A DNA stretch of 62,152 nucleotides, counting the filler, from Klebsormidium nitens (taxonomy: Eukaryota; Plantae; Klebsormidiophyceae): the NCBI GenBank assembly GCA_000708835.1. It is 7 parts of 7 records of this genome, joined end to end, with 100 filler letters (N's around TTAATTAATTAA, not from the genome) between each part and the next. Parts side by side here need not be neighbours in the genome. Positions count along the whole stretch, not along the records: positions 42,735 to 49,364 come from DF238344.1; positions 49,465 to 57,525 come from DF238311.1; positions 57,626 to 62,152 come from DF238493.1; 4 more parts are not named here. One strand, given 5' to 3'. Positions 46,001 through 58,673 of this stretch are shown piece by piece; the stretch's first letter is position 1, and each line of letters starts with the position of its first letter. A program made the position numbers and the translations under genes. The notes beneath the pieces are model-generated. The model saw only the letters and a program-made list of their open reading frames with translations, did not search any database and was not told the origin of the DNA.

Positions 46001-47690
46001 AGAGAAAGGGTTGGGATAACTTGCGTGCTCGGAAGTCGGCGATACTGCTCTTCCAGCTTCTTACGTACACGGAATGTTTTGGCTTTTTCCTGATCGATAC
46101 ACACAGCTTCAATCGACCCAGCTGGAGTTGTTAAGACTCCAGGGAGGAAACAGGGTGCGAAGAGAGCTGTTTTGTTTCGGTCCTTCTTCTCAGTCCGATC
46201 GGAAGCACTGTCTTTTGTCGCCCTCTGGATGCAGGACCTGTGACTATGCCGTCTCTGCACGCTCCACAGCTGGCGCAGTCAGCTCAACAATTTGGAGTCT
46301 CCTCATGCCTTCCGACTCCATCTCGCATTCTCCTGCTTCACTGCCCTGTCGACCTTCGCCGTCTTCCGAACCCACCCTTGTCTACCCCGCCTCCTTTCGT
46401 GAACTCCTTCAGCACTTCGTTCCCTCAGGATATCCGCTCTTAGGCACGGAGCCCAACACCGAGAATTCTTTCTCGATCGCACCTACTTTCTCACGCGCAC
46501 GGATCCTCTTCTCCGTCTGGGAGATCCGTCCTCACGACATTGAGCTCAGCACCAAGAGGCATAAATCTCTCAATAGCGGATGAAGATTTCCTGATCCCTG
46601 GTTCTCTCCTCAAACAGTGCGCTCAACGTTTGACAAAGACCGAGCCGAAACATCGTTTCTCCTATTCGCTCCTCCATCTTTCACCGGCCTTGTCTCTTTC
46701 TTCAGAGAAAGAGAAGGAGTGCGTTCGACCAGATTGAGCGTCCTCACCAAAACGTCTCCTTTGTCCCCTCCTTATTTTTCACACCGGCTCCATGTTCTCG
46801 CAGGAGATGCGCGCCCTGGGCATCAAGCCCAGCACGAAGACGTACAACGCGATGATCGGCAGCCTGGGTCGCTGCCGCAAGCCGGATCTCATGCTCAAGG
46901 CGCACCGCCAAATGCTCGACGAGGGGGTCCGCCCCGACGACACCACCCGCCACTTCCTGGGCAAATTCGGCCCCCCCGGAACCAACCAGAATCCCAACCC
47001 ATGGGGGGCTGGGAATCTGCTCGGCCAACGGGTGGAGCTCAAGCACTACGCCCGGGGGAACGAACCGAGGGTCGAGGTGCCTAGCGATTCGAGCCCGGTG
47101 TACACCCCCGGGGAGGCGTACCGGCGAGGGGGGGTTCTGCACGCAATCAAGCGGGAGGATCCGGGGTGGGTCCGGCCGACGGAAGAGCGGAAGGTGGCGG
47201 CGGAACTGCGGAAGATAGAGAAGGAGAGGGCGCGCGCAAGGGGGGAGGCGGGGTGGAGCGACACTGAAGAGAGTGGGGGTGTAGAAACCGGTGGGGTCGC
47301 GGGGAGGGAAAATGAGGATGCGGACGAATGGCAGGAGGACGAGTATGAGTGGGTGAGTGAGGACGATGAGGAACTAGAGGAAGCGGGAAATGAGGGGCCC
47401 GGCTATGATTGGAAGAGAAGAGGGGTGGAGAAAGGGGAGCGCGAGTTTGGCGGTAAGAAGGAAAGGCAGGCGAAGGCGAAGACTGTCCGGAGGGATGGGC
47501 GAAGTACGCGGACGTCCGAACAGGTAAGCGGGCCGCGTGTATCCCTTCTCTGCCGTCCGATTGCCTGTGCCCGAGCTTTGCTGTTTTGAGGAGCAGTAGC
47601 TGTCAATTTTCAGGAGATCCGGAGGCGAATGAGAGAGAAAAGGTCGCCGCCTCCAGAAATTGAGACACCGCTATCCAAGAGTTGGTCCTG
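43026..47690 (+). CDS. P-class pentatricopeptide repeat protein with probable organellar transit peptide; 3' end uncertain
   Basis: Exons 43026-43278, 43623-45997, 46804-47523, 47614-47690 and perhaps a last exon to ~47991. Roughly a dozen 35-aa repeats (e.g. GLEPDTLAYNALL, GVRPNSQTYGLLI, GVAPDRACYNSVI, GIPPDQETYGNLL). Ser/Arg-rich N-terminus MASSLRCS. Confidence 0.88.
46426..46770 (+). repeat. Highly decayed copies of the PPR exon-3 acceptor and start in intron 2
   Basis: cag|DIRS(fs)LGTEPNTENSFSI at 46429 and EIRPHDIELSTKRHKSLNSG at 46521 versus the real EMRALGIKPSTKTYNAMIGS at 46804. A weaker trace near 46735-46760. Confidence 0.6.
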
Positions 47691-50600
47691 GTAATTTTGA
47701 AGGGCTCAAAGCCTGAGGAAGGAGGGCAATAGCACTCCCATAGACACCGGCCAGTTGTGCGTCGTCGTAACAGGGGCTTCCTAATCTTGATCGCCAATGC
47801 TTTGTCTGCTCCACACCCCAGCTCACGCCTTCCTGTGTTGGTGCACGACCTTGATTCTGACCAAACCCTTGAACGCCTGTCTGGTCCGAGCTCTTCAGAA
47901 TTCTCCTTTTTGCAGGGGGGGAGTATCCAGAAGGGCACTGTCGTCAGGGACGGGCTCCCTGTTGTTGAAGTTGAGTCCGGGGCTGCTGTAGAGAACCCAG
48001 GAATGGCAGATTCGAGAACGAAAGCAGTGAGTAAGAAGAAAGGAAAAAGAGGGAAAGACAAGTCGGAAGATGAGAGCGTCCCCTTGTGGCAGCTGATTTG
48101 ACCTCTGAGAGACAGTGGAACGAATATCCGTAACGCAGAAAGCAGCTCCTTCCGTGAGTCGACGTATTGGGCAGGTGAGATAAGTTGCGCGTCATCAGAT
48201 GCCGCACAATTCGGCAAAGTCCATTTGAAAAATCACTCAGACATTTCTGCCGGCGATTCGCTCAAGACAATCGAGGATTATCTGGCTCGATTTTGATCTC
48301 GATGATGAGCGTTCTAGTCTTCATTGTTACATCGAAGATCAATCCGTCAGTGTGCTCTTCTGACGACTAAGATATTCGTGTGTCGTCATCTTCGTACGAC
48401 GTTCTTGAAGTAACTTCACTAGTTGCACGGTTACTTGATATCCAGCAGCAATAAGCTTGCCATGCATGGGCGTCTGCATGCATGAAGAAAGATTGATGCA
48501 GCTTCCTTGCAGCGCGCCGATGGCTAGTTGCGCTGTGAAAGGTGTTGTGCCATGTCAACATAGGAGTTGGCTGTGGTGCGTAGTTGTGTACCGACGGGTC
48601 GCGTCCTGGACTGATTGACCAACAATTATGCTTGCGAGTATACAACACTCTGGGTCAAGAATTTCTCCCATGTGCAAATCACTTTGGACTTATGTGATTA
48701 CAAGCGTTCAATGTACGTATATCCAGTAGCTTAATGATCATGAAGAAGCGCCCTGTGCCTGCATGCGGACCAATACAGGCAGCATGACGGGAGCATGACG
48801 TTGCATGCAGCACGGATCGCGGAAATTTGGTGCCTTAAACAATGTTTTGTGTTAAGATAGCCGCGTTCGGACGGTTGCTGGCAGTGGGCCTTAAGAGGTT
48901 GTGATATCATCAGTCATTGCTTGGAATCAATGCATCTATTTTTGTCTTTCTTCTATTCAACCTCAAAATCTTCGGCTCAATATCTTCGCTGGTAATGTAA
49001 AGCTCTGTGCAATGTTTGCATGGATCACCGACAAACTGATTTTGATAGGATTAGCCGCAAAACTAGATCTTAGTTATAGCACAAACTCGTGACCATCTCA
49101 TTTCATGTTTCCGAACTCAAAAGCTCCATGCTTCGGTACGGGCTTGTTAACTGATGTATACATACATGTATTGCATTTAAAATTCTTATTAAATTTTTTA
49201 TAAAAATCAGTGGATAATAGCGGCACGTGGCAACCCCCTATTTCTGCGGAAGTATGACGTCAGGCACGCAATAAATCCCGTAGATTTCGGGACGCCGCGA
49301 AAATTTTGAAGACTGAACTATGAAGGTGAAGTTTGACGTTCTTCACAACTATTCTTCACGCAATNNNNNNNNNNNNNNNNNNNNNNNNNNNNNNNNNNNN
49401 NNNNNNNNTTAATTAATTAANNNNNNNNNNNNNNNNNNNNNNNNNNNNNNNNNNNNNNNNNNNNAGACTCTTCGACTGAATATGGAGCCTCTTCGCGAGT
49501 CCTAACTAATCGATCTTTGGGAAGAAGGCAAGAAGACGCAATTTTTCTGAGAGGCGCTCTTGCTGAGGTGATCCCAAGGCGTGCTGAAAAGCTTCGCATG
49601 GTTTCCGCACATGTGAAGTAGACAGGCAGCGTGTAAACCCTGTCCAACCGTCACACTTCTCTCCTACTGGTAGTCTTATTCAGAAAATTCCCATCACTCT
49701 CCATAATGGGGTTTCCGCGCACCAGGCACGGCATATGGTGCGACGGAATTTTGCAATCAGGAGCGCGGCGCTCGGTGAGTGGTAAATTGTAACTGTGTGA
49801 TTGGAAAAGTTTGGCTTCGGTAGATGTTTGATTTGCGTTGAAATTCTTCAACACTTAGACATCAAGAATGCATCAAACAAAATTGCAACAAGTCTTCAGT
49901 CAACAGACTCTTTGAGAGCTCATCCACTCCTGAGTGTGCTTTGATGCAAAACAAAGGAGGCAGGATTCCCTAGGATAATAGACAGGGTGCATTGTCGTCA
50001 GCGCAATGCCTTGTTATTCAGGTCTTTGTGATATACTTCATATTCAAGGTGGTGGTAGACGCCAAGATTTGCAATCTGAGGGCCGTTGGAAAGGGTTTCT
50101 GCACCTCAAAGATGCTGACACCTCATCCCAGTATTTGTCATGCATTGCGGACTTTCACGTTTCCTTCTCAAGGATGACGGCAACATTGGATGGACTACTT
50201 TGAGCCTGCTTTGACTTCACTACTAGCATTTAAAGTGCTGCTCGGTGTTCTTATGTGATCGTAGTGGTCAATTTGAAGTGATGGATGCTTTCTGCCGGTT
50301 TTTTGGACAGGCACTGCAATACAAGTGAGGGCGTCCAAACACTAAACTTTATGTAAGGATTGAAAACTCTCGTCATGAACACTTTGCTCTAAAAGGACAG
50401 CGCTGACTGGCGTATGGTTGTTTTCATCGCCTTTAGATTCCGAGAAGAAGTGCGCCCCCAATCATTGGCAGAGCGTTGAAGCAGAACTATGAAAAACCAC
50501 CTCGCAACAAGGAGACCGAGCAGTGGAAGGTTGAACACAGTCCGGTTTCCCCTAGGGAGATTCCCGGCCTAAGCAGTCCCAGCACACCCCATCAGCAATG

Positions 50601-50895
50601 CCTCCGAGGAGGCCGGCTTGATGCGCCGATTGGCAGGGAGCACCGTCTGGCGAAGGGGCGGCCAAGACTACCAGGGCAGAAGTTTGGTTACAGATGGGCG
50701 CAGACGGGCCGGGTCGTGGTAGAGGAGAGATCTAACAGGGGGACCAGAGAGGTGTCTTCCAAGAGCAGGAGAGCGAGGCTGGCGGCGGAGAGGTTGAAGA
50801 AGAAGCGGAGGAAGGAAAGGAGGCGGGAAGAGAAGCTGGAGAAGGACAAGGAGGACGGCCAGTGGCTTTACGATGTCGAGCCAACTGATGCTCAG

Positions 50896-51827
50896 TGTAA
50901 CGGTACGGAAGCCGACCNNNNNNNNNNNNNNNNNNNNNNNNNNNNNNNNNNNNNNNNNNNNNNNNNNNNNNNNNNNNNNNNNNNNNNNNNNNNNNNNNNN
51001 NNNNNNNNNNNNNNNNNNNNNNNNNNNNNNNNNNNNNNNNNNNNNNNNNNNNNNNNNNNNNNNNNNNNNNNNNNNNNNNNNNNNNNNNNNNNNNNNNNNN
51101 NNNNNNNNNNNNNNNNNNNNNNNNNNNNNNNNNNNNNNNNNNNNNNNNNNNNNNNNNNNNNNNNNNNNNNNNNNNNNNNNNNNNNNNNNNNNNNNNNNNN
51201 NNNNNNNNNNNNNNNNNNNNNNNNNNNNNNNNNNNNNNNNNNNNNNNNNNNNNNNNNNNNNNNNNNNNNNNNNNNNNNNNNNNNNNNNNNNNNNNNNNNN
51301 NNNNNNNNNNNNNNNNNNNNNNNNNNNNNNNNNNNNNNNNNNNNNNNNNNNNNNNNNNNNNNNNNNNNNNNNNNNNNNNNNNNNNNNNNNNNNNNNNNNN
51401 NNNNNNNNNNNNNNNNNNNNNNNNNNNNNNNNNNNNNNNNNNNNNNNNNNNNNNNNNNNNNNNNNNNNNNNNNNNNNNNNNNNNNNNNNNNNNNNNNNNN
51501 NNNNNNNNNNNNNNNNNNNNNNNNNNNNNNNNNNNNNNNNNNNNNNNNNNNNNNNNNNNNNNNNNNNNNNNNNNNNNNNNNNNNNNNNNNNNNNNNNNNN
51601 NNNNNNNNNNNNNNNNNNNNNNNNNNNNNNNNNNNNNNNNNNNNNNNNNNNNNNNNNNNNNNNNNNNNNNNNNNNNNNNNNNNNNNNNNNNNNNNNNNNN
51701 NNNNNNNNNNNNNNNNNNNNNNNNNNNNNNNNNNNNNNNNNNNNNNNNNNNNNNNNNNNNNNNNNNNNNNNNNNNNNNNNNNNNNNNNNNNNNNNNNNNN
51801 NNNNNGGTCGGCTTCCGTACCGTTACA
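50896..51827. mobile_element. TGT...ACA element with perfect terminal inverted repeats and 5-bp TSD; interior unassembled
   Basis: tgtaacggtacggaagccgacc (50896-50917) and ggtcggcttccgtaccgttaca (51806-51827) are exact reverse complements. CTCAG duplicated at 50891-50895 and 51828-51832. 888 N between. Confidence 0.85.
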
Positions 51828-54800
51828 CTCAGGGCAAGGGCACAGCAATGGATGACGGCGCAAGGCAGGCAAAGGGTGGAACGGGGGGTTACATATAGGC
51901 GGAAGCAAGCTCCAGAAAAAAGGGCGGGGCCAAGACAGGCCAGAAGAGGGAGGCTGCGGGTAAGAAGAAGAGGGTTGATGATACAACTGAAGGTCAATGT
52001 CAATCTGGAAAACTGCAACAGAACCCTAGCTTCCGTCAAAGAAGATGTCAGGTGGTCACAATAGGTGTCACACTCAGCGTCCGGCAGCTCATATTTATTC
52101 GATGCGCACGATGCGCTCTGGTCCAGCATGAGCCTGAGCAACCGAGCACTTGGCGGAAGGGCAGTACTGTGCATCTGAGGACAGGGGTTTGTGGCGGTGG
52201 GCGGATAAGCCGGCAGACAAAGCGGAGGTCTCCAGGAAGCTTGATTGTCCAGCTTAGTATTGTGGAACGTGGTGGAGGGAAGGCCAGTGGCGGTAGCTTC
52301 CTCAAATGCCAGAGTCGGCGGCGAGAGAGCAGAGGCGACAGTGCGGGGCAGATGACAGAGGTGAGATGCACACATGACGAGAGAGACTACTTCTTTGAGA
52401 CTACTTCGGGTCCTCAACGGAGGTGATCAGATAGCTTCATCAATGTGCAGGACGTTGAGACTCTCAATCCGCCCTCCCCTGAGAAGTTTAGGGTTTGACT
52501 TTGGGTTGCCTGCTGGACTTATTTCTCCGAGTTCATGTTGGGCCTGGGGACAAGATGTAGAAGGGAGTTCGTTGATATCAAGAGTTTGGAGCACCTGCCA
52601 GACACTTAGCACTATATGCTCGCGCCCAAAGTACTTCAATTGCATATGCAAGTGTGCACATATGAACATTTTAGCACCTTGAAGAAGGCCACAAGCCTGA
52701 GGGGGACCCCCTGAAGACACGGAGGCCCTGTCAGACATCATAGAGTAATTATTTATTGGCACTGTTTGGGCAAGCCTGCATGTTTGGACAGATTTCCTCT
52801 GTTCCATTCTATGCTGTCTGCCCCAAGCAGTGCCCAGGTAAGGAGGGCTGCCGGCTGGTAGGTTGGGTCTCGACTTGATAGGCCTTGAGAATTCATACTT
52901 TTTCCCAATGATGGGATTTGCTGAGTCAGGCCGCCACGTGTCTTGTCAGATTCACCAGCTTTCCTGCTTTGGATACGACCACTTCCCCTGCTTTCGAACC
53001 ACCGTTTTCGACTATTTAAGCGAGTTTGCCTGGGGTATTTGCGGCAGTGCTTGCAGTGTCTTTCCAAATGGGTCTTTCTGTGCTAGAGGATTGACAAGCG
53101 CACCTGGATCGTTTGCAGCTACTTTGGTGCGGTCCTCAAACTTTTCACCTCCTAACATTCTGAATGATCATCAATTGCGATCATTTGATGCTGATACCTT
53201 TTCAAGCAGATACCCTTTCATTTCCGCTTCGAAGTCTCTTTGACCCCTCCTCTATGTTACCTACTCAGGAAGCGGAGGAATCGAAGTGGCTGACAGCCGA
53301 GGCCGAGCATGTCAGAAATCGAGAGACGGAACGGATGGTGGTGATGGAAAGAGCACGGGAGCGGAGACAGAAGAAGTAAGAAGAATCAATGCTGTCAACC
53401 TTGCTGCTGCAGGGGTCTGTCTGGATGGATTATAGAACCTTTGATAGAAGCTTCGCTACTTCGATGGTCAAGCGTTGAATCGCAGGCAAGCAATGAACTA
53501 CAACAACCGAAATTCCCGAAGCCGGTCGTCACCTCGACATCTGCTGATTGTCTGCTTCAGTGCTGTGGCAATCAGCTTTGAGTCGGACATTCACGTAAGG
53601 GAAAATCTTGAGAGTCGCACGAACATTTGAAGCGGCCTGGAAGTGTCACTCTCGCGTGGTGGATAAGTCACACATTGTAAGCGTCTCGGGAAGCTTCGGA
53701 CGGCATCAAGTCGTTCGAGTGGAATGGCAGGGACATCTGCTCCGAGGCCTGTGCTCGTGGTAAAGTGACCAAAAAAATGCGTCTTGTGCACCTTACCAGC
53801 AAATTCTAACCTCAGGTGTATGTCGCTGCAGACTGCAGCCAAGAAGGAAGCGCGGGGAGAGAGTGAAACAGAAGGAGGAGGACGAGGGGACCCGGACGGA
53901 AAGGGGGTGACGGAAGCACAAGCGGAAGGAGGGCTCACCAAGAATGGTGGTGGAGGAGGGACTCAGCTACCAAGAGAAGGAGAGAAGGAGGAAGCCCGGA
54001 GAGGAGGAGATGAGGACGGTGGAAGCAGAAGGGCAACGGATTGCGGAAGGAACTCGGCAGCGAAACTCGGCGGGGCAGGAGCGGCCGAGGCAGGCAAAGG
54101 GTGGGCGGCGGACGCAGGAACCGGAAGAAAAACGGAACGGAACACTAAAGGTGAGATGCTCGTTGCCTCATCGAAATTTGCGCCTTTCTTGTCTGTACTT
54201 AGGAGAGGTTCGATCGTAGGACTTGAATTTGACATACTTGGCTGATAGTTCGTGGTCATCAGGTTCAAAGTCAACTTAGACGGTGCTCCAACTTGGAAGC
54301 CCGTCGGTCTCCAAGGGTTTTCTTCTACAATATTTGACAGATTGAATGGTCTGTAGTTGTTTGACGCTGTTGTCCGCCTCCTGTTCCTTGCTCTGAAAGC
54401 CGGAGATTTGAGGCGTTATCACTCGGGCTGATGACTTGTGTGCCTCTGGATCGAGAAAGAGGTCGGAGAGTACTGTAGCGTCTGTCGGCAATCGCCTTGT
54501 TTGATGCTGAGCATTTGCTCCACATTCGACGTGATTCCAGAGGGTCACGTGAAAATCCGTCGAAGTTGCTGTTTGAATTCACACCGGTCCAGCATTTTGA
54601 AACACGGGGAGTGGTGCATTTGTGCTGGACCTACAGTAATCATCCCATTGGTCTGCAGGAGGCGATCAAGAGGAGGGCATGGCTGCAAACGATAGCCGAC
54701 CAGATGGGTGTCCGAGCAGACGGCGGCGCAAGCGGAAGGCAACGGATGGCAGCAGCAGCGCCAGCGGTGAGACTGGTTGCGCTTCTCGTTTCACGCTCTC

Positions 54801-57800
54801 GGTTTCGCCGCTTGCCTCGCGTCGCGACTCTGCGTGCTTTCTCGCACACTCTCTTACGGACTATTACACCAAGCCTCTTCGCACGCTCGAACAGTCGAGC
54901 CTAGCAGCTCGGACACTTTTTTCTTTTCTCGTCGGAGAGTGTTTGATTGCCCTTCGCGATGGGAACCTGTCTTTGAGAAGACTCTCTGCTGAGGCGTCTG
55001 CTTTGAGTGCTGGTGCCGTTTCAGTTCTTGTCATGGAAAAGGGTACGTGAAAGTCTCAAAGGAGTTTTGGCGGCAGTGTCAGGCTTCTCCTCGTCGCTAA
55101 ATTAAGTGCAAATGCACTTCTGATCCTTTTTCTTTTCAATTTCCAGAAAGAACGACTTGTTACTTCCGTCAGTGCTTTCTGCGTCCCCTGCTTCGGTAGT
55201 ACTTCTCTGCCTACTTTGGCTGCTTGTCCCTTGATCCGCTCGTTCCATTCTCTCTTCACACCGTCATCCAGTCCCTTGGTAAAAACGAGTCGGCGCCGCT
55301 CATCGGGCGAGTTGACAATCGAACACGGTTAGTAATCTCACAGGCCGCGTACCTAAGGTTGTTTATTGCTTCTGTGTGGCAGGCGCAACGGAGCATCAGC
55401 GCCACCAGCCGGCGCTGGACAAGACAGCCGAGGTGGGCGGGAGGGGAAAAGAGAGTGGAGGTGGGGAAGGAAGTCAGAGAGGACAGACGGCAGGGGATTG
55501 CGGCAGCATGCAGGGCATTGTTTGCAGACGGACTTGCACGGCCTGTGCAGCGGAAAGGAAAAGGAGATCGCACGTGGCGAGGGCGCTCAAAAAGAAGATT
55601 CGAGACGAGAGACGGCGTCGCGTGAGACGGCAAAAGCGGGCCGAACGGAAAGAGAGGGACCGCGTGGCGAGGAACGGTGCGCTTCTGAGACTTTAGAAAC
55701 GGTTTCGAGCGTGTGGGGCCAGAGCGCGACTCGAACGCGTCACAACGCTTTTAGCGAGGCTTCGCACCGGGGACGAGGTGGCGGCGTCAAAACACCGCCG
55801 GAAGATGAACAGGCACGCCAAACGGGCACAGCGGGGGAAACTACGCGAGCAACAGGTGTCAGTACAGGCTGACGGTCGCTTTGGGGGAGACGCTCATGGC
55901 TCGGCCGGTGTGCCTGTTTGGGGGGCAGAATGCGTGCCGGCAGCGAGTAATCGACCACAGCGGGAAGGCGTGAGGCCCTCAGAACCGGAGAAGTGTATGG
56001 CGAAGGAGAAGCGGGAAGGTCCCTTGTATGAGATCAGCAGGTTCCGCAAGAGGATGCGGTCGAAGAAGGATGACGAACAAGAAGGAGGCAGCGACAGTGA
56101 TCTTCCTCCTCTCATTAATGGTTACGACACTGATGAAGAGGACGAAGACAGGGACAGCAGCGATCGAGCCCCATCCGACTCTGCTATAGGTTGCAACCCA
56201 GGTAAAGCAAGCGCCCGTCACAATCTTACAAACGATAGGTCGTGGTGTTCGACGCCTTAGCTTTCCTCTCGTTCTCTCTATTCAAATCACCCCTTCTTGC
56301 GGATTCGTTGAGGTGTCCCTTATACCCAGCACTGTCGCGTTGTACGGCCCGATTCGCCGATTAGTTGCCAGCCTGGCTTCGTTCGACAAGCCGCCTCCAT
56401 CACCGTATATGAGAAGCTGCGGTTCCATCTCGTTTTGCTTGGCAAATCGACCGCCGAGCTAGCAAGGTCTTCCGATTTTTAAGGAGAATTCTAGCGAGGC
56501 CGTCGAACTGCTCGTTTCTCCGTCACTACTAGCAGTTGCAAGTGGCTCGATCGTCTCACAACATCCAGCAGGCGAGAGTATCTAAACCCCCTCCGGTTTT
56601 TCACTGACCAGGGCTCCTCGACCCTTCGCGCCGAGGGCCGCGCGTCATGGGGTCCCCGCGCGAAGCGTCCCCAATGGTGCCCGGCGGAAACGGCCCTAGT
56701 GGAGCTGCGGAACCGATCACAAGTCAAGTACCAGATCAACGAGAATATGGACTGCTTGCACAAGAGGTGAGTGTCGGTCGGAGCTGGAACATTGCATCAC
56801 ATGAAGTATGCGCCGACAATCACGTGGCATTGGTCTGATCTGCTGTGAAGGACCGATGTCGTCCAAAGAAGCAATAAAGGGCGCAGAAGAGTCGCTTTCA
56901 TCTACGCTTGTTGCTCTTAACCGGTTGGTGGAAGCTTCGATGAAGTTGCACCGTTGTGCGATTGCATTGAAGGTGACTATGCTGCAGCCGTTTTGAATGT
57001 TACAAGTCCACAAGACTTGGTTCAGCCAAGAAATGTCAGTACGTAACCGATCAAATCCTGTCTGGTAGGATGCACCGCGCTCGCGCTCACGAGACGACGA
57101 CCAGGAAGTGACACGTGGCAGAGCTGCGTGGCACCACCATCAGGGAGACGTGTCGCCATCTCCACCGCTAGGGCTGCCGCCCCTTCGTCACTCACGGCGG
57201 ATTCGACGTACTCGTTCTTTGCAGCAGCCGCAGGTGAGGGCTTAACAGATCCCGGTTTTCTTTCTATGAAGTTTCGGCATTGAGCGGACCGTCGCGGCGG
57301 CTGCTCTGATCGAGTGAACACGAAACAGGAACCCGTTTCTTCATCCGGTGCCTCGATCTCGAGTCGTGACCATTCTCACTCCCCACCTGTGACAAGTGCA
57401 GCCACCAGTTGCGAGAGGCGGTCAGCAGCGTCCAAGAGGTTGAAACCCGTCTTGAAGCTGAACTCGCAAGTCTCGACGTCGATCCCATGAAGCGGCGCTG
57501 AACAGAATCGACTCGGGGTGAGAGCNNNNNNNNNNNNNNNNNNNNNNNNNNNNNNNNNNNNNNNNNNNNTTAATTAATTAANNNNNNNNNNNNNNNNNNN
57601 NNNNNNNNNNNNNNNNNNNNNNNNNGAAATCCTGTCGAGAACGAGGTTAGGCTCAACCAGTCGTAATCGTTACACTGGACGTTGTGGCCTACTACGGATG
57701 GTTTTTTTCAGACTGGTTCTTTCGTTACGGGGGATGGAAGGCGCAAGGCAACTCGAAGGCGGCAAGGTTTGAATGAACCCCGATCGAACACAATTGGAAT

Positions 57801-58526
57801 CGAGCGAATTTGAAGATCAAGGAACAGACAGGAACAGAGGAAGGGATCCGAAAGCAGACGGCGTAAAAGAGTGACATTTCAAGCACACTCTCAGACTCCG
57901 TCTCAGAAGCTAGACACGAGACTTCGAAGACGTGACTCAAAAACGGGTGGTCGGACCAAACAGCAGGCCAAATACTGCGAGTCGGCATGCCAGTCTTACT
58001 TACGTGGGGAACAGGTCGTGAGGTCTATAAAGTTAGTGTTTCTGACTTCGCCATTCGTAGGAAGAGCGTCCGTGAAAACGTTCGGACAGCCGGAGAACGT
58101 CCGAATTTGGTTGAGGAGCGTGGTGTAAGCCGCCAATGGCAGAAGGCTCGCGTCAAGTCCTGTTCGGAGAGGCCGCGGGATGACGTCAGTCTTACGTATA
58201 AGGTAGCGCACCGACCTTAAACTAAGTTGGCCTGCAGGAACCCAATCAAGTTCTCGTGCCAACAAAGCCCAACATCAGAAACGGGTCCATCCATGCGCCA
58301 GATTAGAGCAGTCAGCTTGACGTTTGGATGACGTCGAGCAGCAAATGCGCAAATTACCTGGAGACGCTTACTGCTTTGAGCCCCCCAGTTTGCAAAGCTT
58401 TCTTCAATGATCTCGGCACTTCCCGATCTAGTGAAGAACAAGCTCAACCAAACAGTATCACAAGCAGTAACCAAGCCCTCGACCTAACCAAAAATCTAAA
58501 CCAAACGTTTACACGCTCCGCACTGG

Positions 58527-58587
58527 CACCCACCCTCACCCTACTAACCCTAACCCTCGATCGGGCTGCTAACCCTACCAACCCTAG
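58527..58587. repeat. Degenerate telomere-like (ACCCT(A/C)) repeats
   Basis: caccctcaccctactaaccctaaccctc...ctaaccctaccaaccctag. Confidence 0.5.
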
Positions 58588-58673
58588 CTGTGAGAACTGA
58601 CTCCGCACGTCCCAGCACTGGCCAGCTCTCATTGTTCACCGAACTTACTTTTCCTAGGGTCGGTCAGACTTAC

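Noticed and set aside
50476-52417. Long ORFs of 341-561 aa in the track
   Set aside because: They are mostly X residues from the 888-N gap.
58527-58587. Telomere-like repeats as a chromosome end or fusion scar
   Set aside because: Short, degenerate and just downstream of a splice donor; similar motifs occur at promoters and introns elsewhere in the window.
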